In this document: positions 29,868-40,719 of the stretch, in pieces
Numbering within the stretch: the first letter of the stretch is position 1
How the letters are laid out: each line of letters opens with the position of its first letter
NCBI GenBank assembly: GCA_008369845.1
Contig: MRSU01005508.1
Coordinates: forward strand, 1 to 55,914
From: Trichomonas gallinae
Lineage: Eukaryota
Length of the DNA: 55,914 nucleotides
Reading direction: 5' to 3'
Position numbers and translations under genes: made by a program
Notes under the pieces: generated by a model
Databases searched by the model: none
What the model saw: only the letters and a program-made list of their open reading frames with translations
What the model was told of the DNA's origin: nothing

Positions 29868-30573
29868 TGTAAATTGGTCTGGCGGTTTTGACATTTTCAT
29901 ATGATATCCGTTTTTTGCAATTTTATTACGTTTTTTACACAGTAATCATTAGATTAAAATGAAAAATATAAGAATTTTAATCATTTCATAAAGATTATTT
30001 TATCATCGAATAATATCAATTTGTTATATTATATTTGCGACATCACACACGTCATAATATTACTACATAAAGATTTCTATGATACTATTAAAGTTTGCAT
30101 GCCCATACACATTCACATATTATAGGGAATGATCAGAAAATCACTGGAGAAAGGTGAAATATCAACATTATGATATAATTGTTGATTTAATGATTTCTGT
30201 TGCATTGGAGTATATTTCACTCGAATTTGATCAATTTTGATAAGAAATAGAAATAATTAAATTATTTCTAATTTATTGTAAAAATACATGTTTTATCTAG
30301 ATATTTACACTATTATTTATTGATTTGGAATCGATATGTAATAATATCACAAGATTAACACATTTCAAAATGAAAAAGATAAAATTTGTATATGAAAATC
30401 GCAACAAAATTCATATTTAATATGATGATTTTATTATATTAGTCAAATATAAAAATATTCTATTGTGAAGTTATTATAATTAGTTCTTTATAATCTTTTT
30501 TGATGATGTTTGGAGAATTTGACTTTTGCCATGTAAAGTGTCATAATGTCAAGATTTTAAGCCACAATCTAAG

Positions 30574-33500
30574 ACGACATTTTTAACATTTTTCTTCGTA
30601 TTTTCTAAAGCTACAATCAAACTTTCACACATAAATGCTTTGTTGCCATTTAGAAGAGACAATACTGCAGTTATGCCGTCTTTTGTCCTTTCAAATCTCG
30701 AGAATTCTTGCGTAAATTGGTCATCTTCCAATCCTTCGATAATTAAAGTATCTCCAATCTACGAAAATGGGAAATGCTCCAGGTCTGCGAACATAGAAGT
30801 ACTTTATATCGGTAAATCTAGAATGAATACAATTGTTTTCGCAGAATCAGAAGATGGACAACGGCAATCATGCAACGTTTACACTGATGAAATCAAACAA
30901 ATTGAAATACTTACATCTACGAGGACAATTTACGTTGATACTTTGCCACAAATCATCTCACTTCAAGGATTTGACGGCAAGCAGAACATTTTCACGTCCA
31001 TTGGACATGATGCAAACTGGGTATACGACACAAAGTACTTTTTACTTGATAAATCATCAACGCCAAAAAATCCATTAAATCCTACGTTATCACTCAAAGG
31101 AATATCAGTGGGCAAATCAGTAATACAAGCAAAACTCAATAACTTAGTGGCTACGGCCGAAATCGCTATAGTTGAGCAAATAAATCTTTTTCCGCCAAAT
31201 TACATACGTGTACTGCCAGATGTTGATTTACCATTCAAATTGTGCACAAAATATACCACAGTTGAATCACAATGTAAGCAAATTAGCAAAAATTTGCTGA
31301 ATCAATATAATTTTAAATCGTCAGATAATTCAATTATCACAATAAATCAAGATGGAAATTCACATACGCACGCAATAGGTGTAGCATCAATAACAGCCAG
31401 CGACATTCTTTCAGATGATAATGTTGCAACAACAGTTGTTAATGTTACTTTGCCTTATTCAGGCTTCCAGAAGAAGCAATACATATTGCAAGGCACGGAG
31501 CCAGTCTTCAATCCAAAGGTTTTCGATGAATACGGTGCTGAAATATACGGTGCTGATCAAATCAAGTGGACAATCGAAGGTGAATGGAAGAATTTAGGCG
31601 AAAATCTTGTTACTTTCAGATATTTCACTTTTTCATTTACTTCTATCGTTGTAGTTTGCTCTCCAATATCTATAAATCCATCCTTAATTGTCCTTCCTCC
31701 GCAGTCAGACTGGTTCACGTTCGGATTAACAGGTGGTAGTGGTTTCTATAACATATCTATTTTGGATAAAAATCTCGCTGATGTTGGAAATAGACAAATC
31801 AAATCATTTGCGGCTATTGGAGAAACAAAGCTTGTTGTTGTTGACCAAATGATAGAAGATCTAAAGGAGGAAGCAACTATATTGATTTCTCCAGTAAAAA
31901 GCGCCTACATATTGATGCAGAAGAGGGAACTTTTCGTCAATGATGTTTTTGAACCTCAATGCAAATTCACGAGTGAATCCGGACATAACTATTCCATTCC
32001 ACTACAACATGAAGCAATATCTACTAATGTTTTGATAGTTGATCACCAGATGATTGCGAAATCACCTGGTTTCGCTGGAATTTACTGTTCATCTCGAAAC
32101 GCGAAGACTCAGGAAATTTTAGTATCTGTAATAAATCCACTAAGATATGAAGTGCGTGGACGCGCATCACCAAACTCACATATTCCACTGCACTACACAG
32201 GCGGACCTTTGAAATGGGAAGGACAGAGTCCACCAGATGTCAAAATAGAATGTGGTGATGCTGAAGCAACTGTTTCGAGGCACTTTTTCTCACTTGACAG
32301 AGAATTTTCAGGAAACTGCACACTTGAGATTGCAAACAGAGAGTCAAATGTGAATCCAATCCCTCTACATACTTCAGTCGAATTTCACATGGATGTTTCC
32401 AATCTCAATTATTTGAGAGTATTCCCAGTAGATCCTTCATCTAATGCTTCAGAGATTTGCAATCTTGTTCCGAATAATTTAACTATTTCTAATGAAGTTG
32501 TAAATGTTTTCAGAGCAATTCCTAACCATGTTATCTCATTCAATGTATTCTGCTTCGATTCTAGAGATAACATTATTAACTATTACTCAGCAAATCCAAT
32601 AACATTCACTGCAGATGATTCGTTAATCGAAAGAGTTTTGATTGATGAAGATACAGGAAATTCAGTTTACAAAACTAAAGTTACAAAAACTATTGAAGTC
32701 ACTGCACATGCTGACAATGCCATTGACAGCATAGTGACAATAAACGTGATAACGCCAATAGTCGTTGAATCATCAAAAATGGCTTATTACTCTAAAGGAA
32801 TGCTAACTGAGTTTGCTGTAACAGGCGGAAGTGGACACTTCAAAGTTTTCGGTCAATCTGCTCAAATATTTGACAATGGCTCGCTGATTGTTAAACCACA
32901 GACTGTAGGCCATTTCGAATACGTTATTACTGATATATGCACAGATGAACTTCCGGTGAAAACTGCTTTGGATATTGTAACGATAGATCACCTCGAAATT
33001 GAGTGCGCGAGAAAAGTTATTGTCAACAGTGGAGTGATTATAACAGTTAATGCATACACGAGCACGGGCAGACTTATTCCTGAGACTATTCTTGAAAGTG
33101 CCAACATCAATCTTTTAGAACCGAAATATGTCGAAAGATTATCATATAATAAATGGCTGTATAAACCAGATACACTAGGCGAAAAAATTGCAACTGCCAC
33201 AGCAACAGGATGCTCAAAGGCTTCTAAAACTATAACAGTCGTTGATCCAATTGTCGTCAATCCAGCATATGTAGTAATTCTTCCTCAAGACATTGTTGAG
33301 ATTTCTTTAGTTTCAACAAATTATGATGTCGCACTTGTTTCGGATGATGGCAGCATTGCGAGAGTCTTCGGTTTCTCGATTGTTGGTGTTTCGCCAGGAA
33401 ACACAACAGTTAGAGCTATTATGCCTGACGAGCCAACATTTCCTCCTGCAATTGTCCACGTTAGAGTTTTGCAGCCAATTGAACTGATAATCGAAAAAAG

Positions 33501-35061
33501 CTCCGAAGTTGTAATTTCTGGTGGATCTCTTTTCGCGTCACTTTTAGTTGTAACTGATTTAGACACAAGATACACTAAGCATTCAGAGATGACAGCAACA
33601 GGATGCAGTTTATTATCTGTTAATGCTTCACACGCAATTTTATCATGCAACGTACCGGGAATTGTGAATATTCAAGCATCTGCCTATTCACTGAGGGCAA
33701 ATGCAAAAATTCACATCGAAGAAAAGTTCGAATTGCTTTGTCCAGATGAAGTAATTATTTGTCCTGGAGCATACTTCGAGTTCAAGTCGCGTGGAGACGT
33801 TCCATTCACTTTAACGTCTGATAATGGCTCTGTTATCATCATCGACGGACATTTTGCGAAATCTGTTTATATGGAAGGATCAACTGTTGTCAGGGCTTAT
33901 TCTGGCGTACAAAGTGTTGCAATCGTTGTTGATGTTATTAGTCCTGCATCAATGTTCCTCAATAGAACTGCTTTGTTTGTATTTAGAGCATTACTTGTTG
34001 ACAAGTACGGCAGATTCTTCACTTCACTTCAAGGTATAACTTTTTCTCTTACAGGACAAGGATTCACGAGTGGAAACTTTGATAACATGGGATACGTTCA
34101 GATATCAACATCAGCAAATACCAGCGCATCTGTAACATTGAGCGCGTCAACAGCTTTGTTCAGCATGGAAAAAGTTTTCACCATTACAACTGTTGCTTTG
34201 ATTTCTCCTTCAGGCAACGTCACTGTGATGAAAGGAGCACAAATACCATTCACATGCACATTATCAGAAAGTCGATGGACAGTGTCTGATCCTAAGGTTG
34301 CCAAAATATCGGAAAATGGACAGCTTAAAGCTTTGCAAACAGGCTTTTCCACTGTTTCATGCGACAAAAAGCTTTCAACTGACATAAGTGTTATAACAAT
34401 GAAAAGCATTAAACTCGAGAAGGTGAATGTTGACCAATTCGAAGTCATTCCTATTTTCGACGTAAATCCATCATCGAGGATTTATTATCCATCTGATATT
34501 TCGCTATTGTGTTCATGGGACAGCGAAAACTGTGGAAGAGTCAGACAAACAATGAATACAAGCGGATTCTTTTGCACAGTTGAAAGACTTAAACACTCGA
34601 AATGTCCGGAATTCTCTGTCTTGAAAGCGAATATTGTTGCTCCATCATCAGGAATCTCTTTAACTGCGCAGCAAAAGATTCCTTTCATTGGACTTGTTGA
34701 TTTCGGTATTGCCAATTGGCACGTTTTCAGCATGGATAAGGAGACAAGGAAATCTGTCATTGACTTGAATTTCGGCCAGGATAGTTTGGACTGGGTGCAG
34801 CCTGAAGGATGGTCTGTCTCTTTCAGAGGACATCAGGCAATTGTTCGTGCGCCAGGAACGTTTAAAGGTGTGGAAACCGTTACGTTCAGGCACAGAGATA
34901 GCGGAGAAAAGCTGAGGCTTAAGTTTGAAATAGATTCACTAACTAAGTATGATTCAGGAGTGAGAATGTCGATATTGAACAGTGTTACTGATTTCATCAT
35001 TTTGTTGGTGGCTTTAGCAATTATTGCTGCTATTGGAATTATATCATGGAAATATAACTAA
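30574..35061 (+). CDS. NUP210: Nuclear pore membrane glycoprotein gp210/Nup210 homologue; inferred start codon is ACG
   Basis: About 1495 codons of Ig-like beta repeats with gp210-type motifs (NALLPF, CVNWSSSNPSII, IEILTSTRTIYV, GFDGKQNIFTSI, GGSGFY, GGSGHF) and a C-terminal TM. The frame is open back to a signal peptide TFLTFFFVFSKA headed by ACG at 30574. Confidence 0.85.
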   Translation, partial: TTFLTFFFVFSKATIKLSHINALLPFRRDNTAVMPSFVLSNLENSCVNWSSSNPSIIKVSPIYENGKCSRSANIEVLYIGKSRMNTIVFAESEDGQRQSCNVYTDEIKQIEILTSTRTIYVDTLPQIISLQGFDGKQNIFTSIGHDANWVYDTKYFLLDKSSTPKNPLNPTLSLKGISVGKSVIQAKLNNLVATAEIAIVEQINLFPPNYIRVLPDVDLPFKLCTKYTTVESQCKQISKNLLNQYNFKSSDNSIITINQDGNSHTHAIGVASITASDILSDDNVATTVVNVTLPYSGFQKKQYILQGTEPVFNPKVFDEYGAEIYGADQIKWTIEGEWKNLGENLVTFRYFTFSFTSIVVVCSPISINPSLIVLPPQSDWFTFGLTGGSGFYNISILDKNLADVGNRQIKSFAAIGETKLVVVDQMIEDLKEEATILISPVKSAYILMQKRELFVNDVFEPQCKFTSESGHNYSIPLQHEAISTNVLIVDHQMIAKSPGFAGIYCSSRNAKTQEILVSVINPLRYEVRGRASPNSHIPLHYTGGPLKWEGQSPPDVKIECGDAEATVSRHFFSLDREFSGNCTLEIANRESNVNPIPLHTSVEFHMDVSNLNYLRVFPVDPSSNASEICNLVPNNLTISNEVVNVFRAIPNHVISFNVFCFDSRDNIINYYSANPITFTADDSLIERVLIDEDTGNSVYKTKVTKTIEVTAHADNAIDSIVTINVITPIVVESSKMAYYSKGMLTEFAVTGGSGHFKVFGQSAQIFDNGSLIVKPQTVGHFEYVITDICTDELPVKTALDIVTIDHLEIECARKVIVNSGVIITVNAYTSTGRLIPETILESANINLLEPKYVERLSYNKWLYKPDTLGEKIATATATGCSKASKTITVVDPIVVNPAYVVILPQDIVEISLVSTNYDVALVSDDGSIARVFGFSIVGVSPGNTTVRAIMPDEPTFPPAIVHVRVLQPIELIIEKSSEVVISGGSLFASLLVVTDLDTRYTKHSEMTATGCSLLSVNASHAILSCNVPGIVNIQASAYSLRANAKIHIEEKFELLCPDEVIICPGAYFEFKSRGDVPFTLTSDNGSVIIIDGHFAKSVYMEGSTVVRAYSGVQSVAIVVDVISPASMFLNRTALFVFRALLVDKYGRFFTSLQGITFSLTGQGFTSGNFDNMGYVQISTSANTSASVTLSASTALFSMEKVFTITTVALISPSGNVTVMKGAQIPFTCTLSESRWTVSDPKVAKISENGQLKALQTGFSTVSCDKKLSTDISVITMKSIKLEKVNVDQFEVIPIFDVNPSSRIYYPSDISLLCSWDSENCGRVRQTMNTSGFFCTVERLKHSKCPEFSVLKANIVAPSSGISLTAQQKIPFIGLVDFGIANWHVFSMDKETRKSVIDLNFGQDSLDWVQPEGWSVSFRGHQAIVRAPGTFKGVETVTFRHRDSGEKLRLKFEIDSLTKYDSGVRMSILNSVTDFIILLVALAIIAAIGIISWKYN

Positions 35062-35359
35062 TTTATATATTATTAATAAAATATTATAGAATTTATTTAT
35101 GGATTTACATTATTTATTAGAATTTGCAATAAATTACACCAAAATTTTAAAATGGATAAGAACAGTTTCATATATTTGGTTTGGATACATTTTTGGAATA
35201 ATTAAATGTGGAAATATCTTGAATTCTTGTAATTATGGACTATTTCTTATGTAGCTTCGATATTTGTAATTCAAAACTAATTGATATGAAGCTTATGTAT
35301 ATTATAAAGTCATTAGTACGCGATAAAAAAAATTGATTAACACAAAATTTGAAAAATAA

Positions 35360-35680
35360 TCATGATTCTTCAATCTTCTTAAGTAATTTGCGCTCTCTAA
35401 CTCTCTTAAGCTGTCTCTCAGTAAGTTTCTTACCAACAACTCGTTGATATTTCCTGATTTGGCCAATTCTAGCAGCTTCAACTGGATGTTTTTGTACTTG
35501 TTTTCCTTTTGATGACGTGAAATCTAATGGAAGACCCATAGCAAGAATTTCTTCATCAGTTATTTCGCCGTAATTATGCTCTGTTGTAGTATTTGTTTTA
35601 TCGCGTGGCTTATCATCTTCTTTGTCGTGACGTGGTGTCTTGTGTGAGCTCCTCTTATGATCATGCTTGGATCCACCCAT
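35360..35680 (-). CDS. SNRNP27: U4/U6.U5 tri-snRNP 27K-like protein
   Basis: EEILAMGLPLDFTSSKGKQV...IRKYQR matches the family C-terminal MGFxxFxSTKGKKV...RKYRQ motif, after a charged low-complexity N-terminus. Confidence 0.75.
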   Translation of the reverse strand: MGGSKHDHKRSSHKTPRHDKEDDKPRDKTNTTTEHNYGEITDEEILAMGLPLDFTSSKGKQVQKHPVEAARIGQIRKYQRVVGKKLTERQLKRVRERKLLKKIEES

Positions 35681-36117
35681 TCAGCAAAGAATTTGACTCT
35701 GATTTTTGCCAATGATAAGTTTACATGGCAGAAACATCTTAACATCAACACTAATAAAATGCATATTGCTATGGTGTATATAAACATTCCACAAAGCATA
35801 ATTAGACTGAGAAAGGATGATCTCACATCAGAATATAGCATCCTTGATTAAGTGTTAATTATATTGATTTACTCATTATTAATCTATATAGGATCTATAT
35901 TAGCACTGAATTTCGAGTTTTCATGGTAATAAATTAGAAATAATATTTTCAAATCTTAAATAATACTGAAATTAAATTCAATTTGCTAACATGCAACTCA
36001 ATAGATATAAGATACTCGATAGTATTATCATATGGTATAAAAATCAATGAAAATTAGATTTTCGATTAATTCAGGTTTACATGCTAAAAAAGAAGTAATG
36101 AAACAGTGGTATGTAAG

Positions 36118-36774
36118 TTACTCAGTAATTTTGCGGCGGACGAATTGTTTCTTCATTTGAAATCTCTCAAAGAAATCTTTTGCATCATCTTTGTTTGAAT
36201 TCTCAATATTTTGCTCAACAAACTCCCAGTTGATGTGTTCAAAGAATTTGTTGAAGTACTCAGCTTTGCGATTTTCATAATCAATATACCAAGAATGCTC
36301 CCATGTATCAACAGCCAATAACGGAATGTTTCCATCCTTTACAGGATTCATTGCGTTAGAGTACTGACCGATTTTATACTTGCCTGTCTTTGATTCTTTG
36401 TAAAGATAGCACCAACCTGATCCAAACACTGTGGAGGCATTGCCAATAAACTGTGTTTTGAATGATTCATATGATTTAAAGTTTGTTTTGAAGAATTGAT
36501 CAAGATATGGAGATCTATTTTGTGTATTTTCGCTTAAGCTCCTCCAAAAGAAGCAATGATTGTAGTGTTGTGCAACATTGTTGAAAACTGCACCAGATGA
36601 CTTCTCAATTATTTCTTTTATGGGTTTTCCTTCGAGATCAGTTCCCTGCAGAAGCTTATTCGCATTGTCAATGTATGCTTGATGGTGCTTGAACACGTGC
36701 ACCTCTAAAGCATGCTTTGTCAAGAAGCCTGGTAAGCCAGTGCTTAAGAAAGGAATGGAAATCATCGACAGCAT
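36118..36774 (-). CDS. SOD: Iron superoxide dismutase
   Basis: Metal ligand motifs HVFKHHQAY, FNNVAQHYNHCFFW (the AQ type indicates Fe), FGSGW and DTWEHSWYIDY. Confidence 0.96.
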   Translation of the reverse strand: MLSMISIPFLSTGLPGFLTKHALEVHVFKHHQAYIDNANKLLQGTDLEGKPIKEIIEKSSGAVFNNVAQHYNHCFFWRSLSENTQNRSPYLDQFFKTNFKSYESFKTQFIGNASTVFGSGWCYLYKESKTGKYKIGQYSNAMNPVKDGNIPLLAVDTWEHSWYIDYENRKAEYFNKFFEHINWEFVEQNIENSNKDDAKDFFERFQMKKQFVRRKITE

Positions 36775-37300
36775 TTTTTTGAATGAAAATTTTTGACATC
36801 AAAATGGGTCACTGAAATATTGCATATTTAAATTCCTTATATGTCATATTTTGAATTTTATTCGTCAAATCTAGGATTTTATCATTATAATTGATCATTT
36901 CAATTCGAATCTGTCTGATTTTGATGTTTTAGGGTCATTATGCAATTTAAGATAATATTATAGATTTTTAACAATTTATTTAATTTTAAAACTAATTTCT
37001 AATATAAAAACTAACAAATTTTTCAAAATTATATGTTTTTTTTTTTTTGCAAAAAACGAAAAATTAAAAATTAAATTTAACACTAAAATCAATTATCTTT
37101 CCTTCCATCTCTCCTATTTTTCTGATTAAATTGCATTTAAAAGCAAATATTTTTTTTTTTTTCATTATTAAAATTATTTAAATCCGATTGAATGAAGATG
37201 ACATGATGGGTATGATATCGCAAGAAATAATTTAATTTATGAAAATTACATTTAATATCAGAAAGAAAAATTAACAATATATAGAAGCACAAACACAAAA

Positions 37301-38329
37301 TTAAATAAGTTTGACAGGAGGAGGCCTCTTCGGTTGTGTTTGTGGCAAATGATCTGGCAATTTTGGAACAATTATGCTTTGATGCGAATCCAAAATTGTG
37401 ATCGGTGGGAGCTTTTTTGGCTCTAATTCTCCATTAGGAGATGCAAGGAATGGGTTTTGCAAGCATTGATCAACTGTAGCACGTTGTGCTGGATTGAAAT
37501 GGAGCATGCTTTCTATTAAAGGAATTGCAGGCTCATATTCCTTTGATAGCCGTTTATAAAGATGGTTTCTGAGATTTTGTGTCAAAAATCTCCGATTATT
37601 AATATACATCTGTGAATTTGGTAAATTAACCCATTCGGGCCACTGCTGTGTCGGCAATCCAGCAATGCTGAAAATTGCTTGTAGCTGTTGGTTTTCTGTA
37701 TCTACATCTGATCTGAATAAAACTTCACGGGTGATCATTTCATATATAATGCATCCAGCACTCCATATATCAACCTCCTTTCCATATCCTTTCATGCCTA
37801 GCAAAATTTCAGGTGGTCTGTACCATATTGTAATTACACCTGCAGTATTACATTTAGGATTTTGGTTTGCGAGGCCGAAGTCTGTTATTTGAAGGTTATT
37901 TTCTGTGTTTACGAGTAAATTTGCCGGTTTCAAGTCGCGATGAAGAATATTGTTATCGTGGCAAGCTTTAACGCCAAGCAAAAGTTGCCTGGAAAAGCAG
38001 CGAATATGATTTACAGTGAATTTCCATGGATTACAGTACAAAAGACCGAACATATCATATTGATAATACTTGAAAACAAGATAAACGTGATGTTTTTCGG
38101 TGCAAACTTCAATAAGTTTTGCAATATTTGGGTGGTTGAGTTTCCTGAGAATCGATATTTCCTGTAGTGAGTTCGGAGGAAAGCCCACGTCTTGATTTAA
38201 TATTTTGATCTGTTTCACGGCGACGATTTCGCCAGTAGTTCTGTTGCGAGCTTTTAGAACATCTCCGCAAGTTCCGCTGCTGATACCGTCGATAAGATCA
38301 TATCGATCAGATAATGTGTTTGACGGCAT
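37301..38329 (-). CDS. CMGC cyclin-dependent kinase (CDK9/12-like)
   Basis: VAVK, GFPPNSLQEI at the PSTAIRE/PITALRE position, HRDLKPAN, DFG, VITIWYRPPEILLG, DIWSAGC. Confidence 0.92.
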   Translation of the reverse strand: MPSNTLSDRYDLIDGISSGTCGDVLKARNRTTGEIVAVKQIKILNQDVGFPPNSLQEISILRKLNHPNIAKLIEVCTEKHHVYLVFKYYQYDMFGLLYCNPWKFTVNHIRCFSRQLLLGVKACHDNNILHRDLKPANLLVNTENNLQITDFGLANQNPKCNTAGVITIWYRPPEILLGMKGYGKEVDIWSAGCIIYEMITREVLFRSDVDTENQQLQAIFSIAGLPTQQWPEWVNLPNSQMYINNRRFLTQNLRNHLYKRLSKEYEPAIPLIESMLHFNPAQRATVDQCLQNPFLASPNGELEPKKLPPITILDSHQSIIVPKLPDHLPQTQPKRPPPVKLI

Positions 38330-38889
38330 CTGAACTAAAACAGACTAATAACCTTATTAGTGGAAGGAATTTCAAACCAAATTTTAGGCTTTGAGATGTC
38401 AGTATTCCATTAATATAGTCCATGTTGCCGGATATTTTGAAGTCAATCACTTCATATTTTATGATTTAGAATTTGGTTGTTAAAAATATACATTTTCCAT
38501 CAACTTTTCACATATAAATAATCACAATAGCAGCTATATATGCTATGGTTAAATACTTCCACTAATATTTTGAATTTTAATAATTTATCAAATTTAATCA
38601 ATTTCTCATATATAAACAAGCTTAGTAACTACTATATAAGCGATAACTAAATGTTTTTATCGCTAATTCTATATTTGATATTTTATCAAAAATATTATAT
38701 CAAAATCCACCAATAATATAAGAGGAATAATTGTTTCTTGATGTGTCATGTATATTTTCAAACTGTGATGTTTATAAGTGAATATAAAAACAAAATTAAA
38801 CTAAATGATATGTTAAAATGCAATAAATACAAACAAATATGATTGAAATCAATGTACAAACTGGTCAATGCTGAGCAAAAAATTTTCAA

Positions 38890-39486
38890 TTATTCGGCTT
38901 CAGCATATTCTCTTTCTTGTGCCTCGTAATAGTCCTTATATTGGTGCCTAGCCGCTCTTCTACGCTGCTTGTCGAGGAATCTGCAGTGCTCAATTGTGAA
39001 TTGTTTAGTTTTGAGCATATACCATTTATCAATTGGATCTCTGTTGAATTCTCTATTAACTCTATCGATTTCATTTGCTAAATGCTCTGATTTTCGTTTT
39101 AATTCATTTCTTGCAGTTTCGAAAGCATCAAAAGACATTATATCGTTTTCATACGGTGTGAAGCATCTATTTATCTTCTTAGTTGATGGAATTGGGAGTT
39201 GTTTTCTTGAAATAACAGTTTCAGAACGTAATGAATTCATTTCTGCAAGAAATTCGATAGGCTCGATACCAGCGCCTTCACCTTCCCAATAAGACTTATC
39301 AATATATTCGGGATCACGTCTATTATCGAACTGTTCGAGAACAACTGTATTTGTAAGCGTTTGAGTGACAGGAGTGAATCTTCTTCGTGGTGTTTCCGGT
39401 GGATGAAGAGTTGGCGGTTTTTGTCCCCTTGACTCATACCATTCCCTTCTATGTTTCTCTGCGCGCCTAAGAAAACCTGCACGCAT
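38890..39486 (-). CDS. Hypothetical basic/coiled-coil protein (198 aa)
   Basis: ATG-started ORF with AAAAA-ATG context, divergent from 39722. No domain recognised. Confidence 0.8.
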   Translation of the reverse strand: MRAGFLRRAEKHRREWYESRGQKPPTLHPPETPRRRFTPVTQTLTNTVVLEQFDNRRDPEYIDKSYWEGEGAGIEPIEFLAEMNSLRSETVISRKQLPIPSTKKINRCFTPYENDIMSFDAFETARNELKRKSEHLANEIDRVNREFNRDPIDKWYMLKTKQFTIEHCRFLDKQRRRAARHQYKDYYEAQEREYAEAE

Positions 39487-39516
39487 TTTTCTTGTACGTT
39501 AAAAAATTTTAATACA

Positions 39517-39711
39517 AAAGTGACAATTTTTTGACACGTAAATTAATTAAAACGAGTTTTTGACATTTATACGACAAAATTTTTCTGCAAAAAATCATTT
39601 TTGACTTGTAAAGTGAGCTTTGCAATGAGTTTTGACATGTAAATATGATGATTTGTATTTGACATGTAAAGTCAATGTAACGAGTTTTTGACATTTATAC
39701 GACAAAATTTT
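39517..39711. promoter_or_regulatory. Bidirectional promoter made of repeated TTGAC...GTAAA words and an exact 33-bp direct repeat
   Basis: aacgagtttttgacatttatacgacaaaatttt at 39551-39583 and 39679-39711. TTGAC(A/T)(C/T)GTAAA at 39531, 39601, 39632 and 39659. Confidence 0.75.
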
Positions 39712-39721
39712 AAAATTTTTC

Positions 39722-40438
39722 ATGGAAGAAGATGGATTTAAAGAATGGCCGCCATTAGATTCAGTTTTCGATACTAGTTATGTCATTGACATCTTCCTGG
39801 ATGAAGAAAAAGCTAAATATCCTTTATTAATGAGAGCTGTACAAGATTTATCTGCAATTAATGCGACAATTATATATTGTGTGGCTGAATTCTCAAACAT
39901 ACAGAAATTAATGCACGTATTCCCCAAAGGAAGATTCGTCAAACAAGTTTATCAAGAATTTTTCACAAAGTTTGATAAAATCCTCGGTGAAGTTGTTAAA
40001 TCACTAGAATATATCGCACCTTACGCATTTCATCATCAACCAAAAATATACATGACATTATATAAACATAAATTATCAAAATTCATTAGAATTGCATTAA
40101 ATTGGATGCCAACAGTTCAACAGTATGTATATATTGGCCCTCACTCATCAGTTCCATTCATGTCGATTCCAAAGATTGATGAATTTTCTAAAATAGTTCA
40201 AACGTATTTTGACCAAATAAGCGAGTTAATTGGATCTGTAGCTTTAATTATTGTCGCAAAAACACATGATGTTAAAGCTAAAAGAATTGAGAAAATTCGA
40301 AATGAAAGACAAAATAACTCCAGCATGCAGCTGAATGCAATATTAGCCAAATTAAATCGTATTACAGAAAGAAGAACGCAATTGGAACAAGCTACTGAAA
40401 ATTTAGGTCTTTTAGTTCAAGCACTTAACTTTTTATAA
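39722..40438 (+). CDS. Hypothetical helical protein (238 aa)
   Basis: ATG-started ORF with a C-terminal coiled-coil-like stretch. No domain recognised. Confidence 0.8.
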   Translation: MEEDGFKEWPPLDSVFDTSYVIDIFLDEEKAKYPLLMRAVQDLSAINATIIYCVAEFSNIQKLMHVFPKGRFVKQVYQEFFTKFDKILGEVVKSLEYIAPYAFHHQPKIYMTLYKHKLSKFIRIALNWMPTVQQYVYIGPHSSVPFMSIPKIDEFSKIVQTYFDQISELIGSVALIIVAKTHDVKAKRIEKIRNERQNNSSMQLNAILAKLNRITERRTQLEQATENLGLLVQALNFL

Positions 40439-40719
40439 TATGAAATGAACTGTGAACGATGAACACTATACATATTATCCTTTGTTAGAAAAAATAATAA
40501 GAAATTATAATATTGATTATTATATATTTCATTCATTGACTACATTGAACAATATTCATTACTTTTTGGTATAATTATTATCAAAAATACTTTTATTTTG
40601 TTTGATTAAAAAATTAATTTTTTCATTTGATTAATCAAAAATATTTATGATAAATATGAATAGTAGAATATGAATAACTTTATTACAGTTTCTGAATTAA
40701 TTTTTATAAAATGTTTAAA

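Noticed and set aside
30531..30573. A short intron supplying an ATG to gp210
   Set aside because: The GT dinucleotides at 30533 and 30548 overlap the G of the upstream ATGs, the 30531 ATG is followed at once by TAA, and there is no branch-site/acceptor motif.
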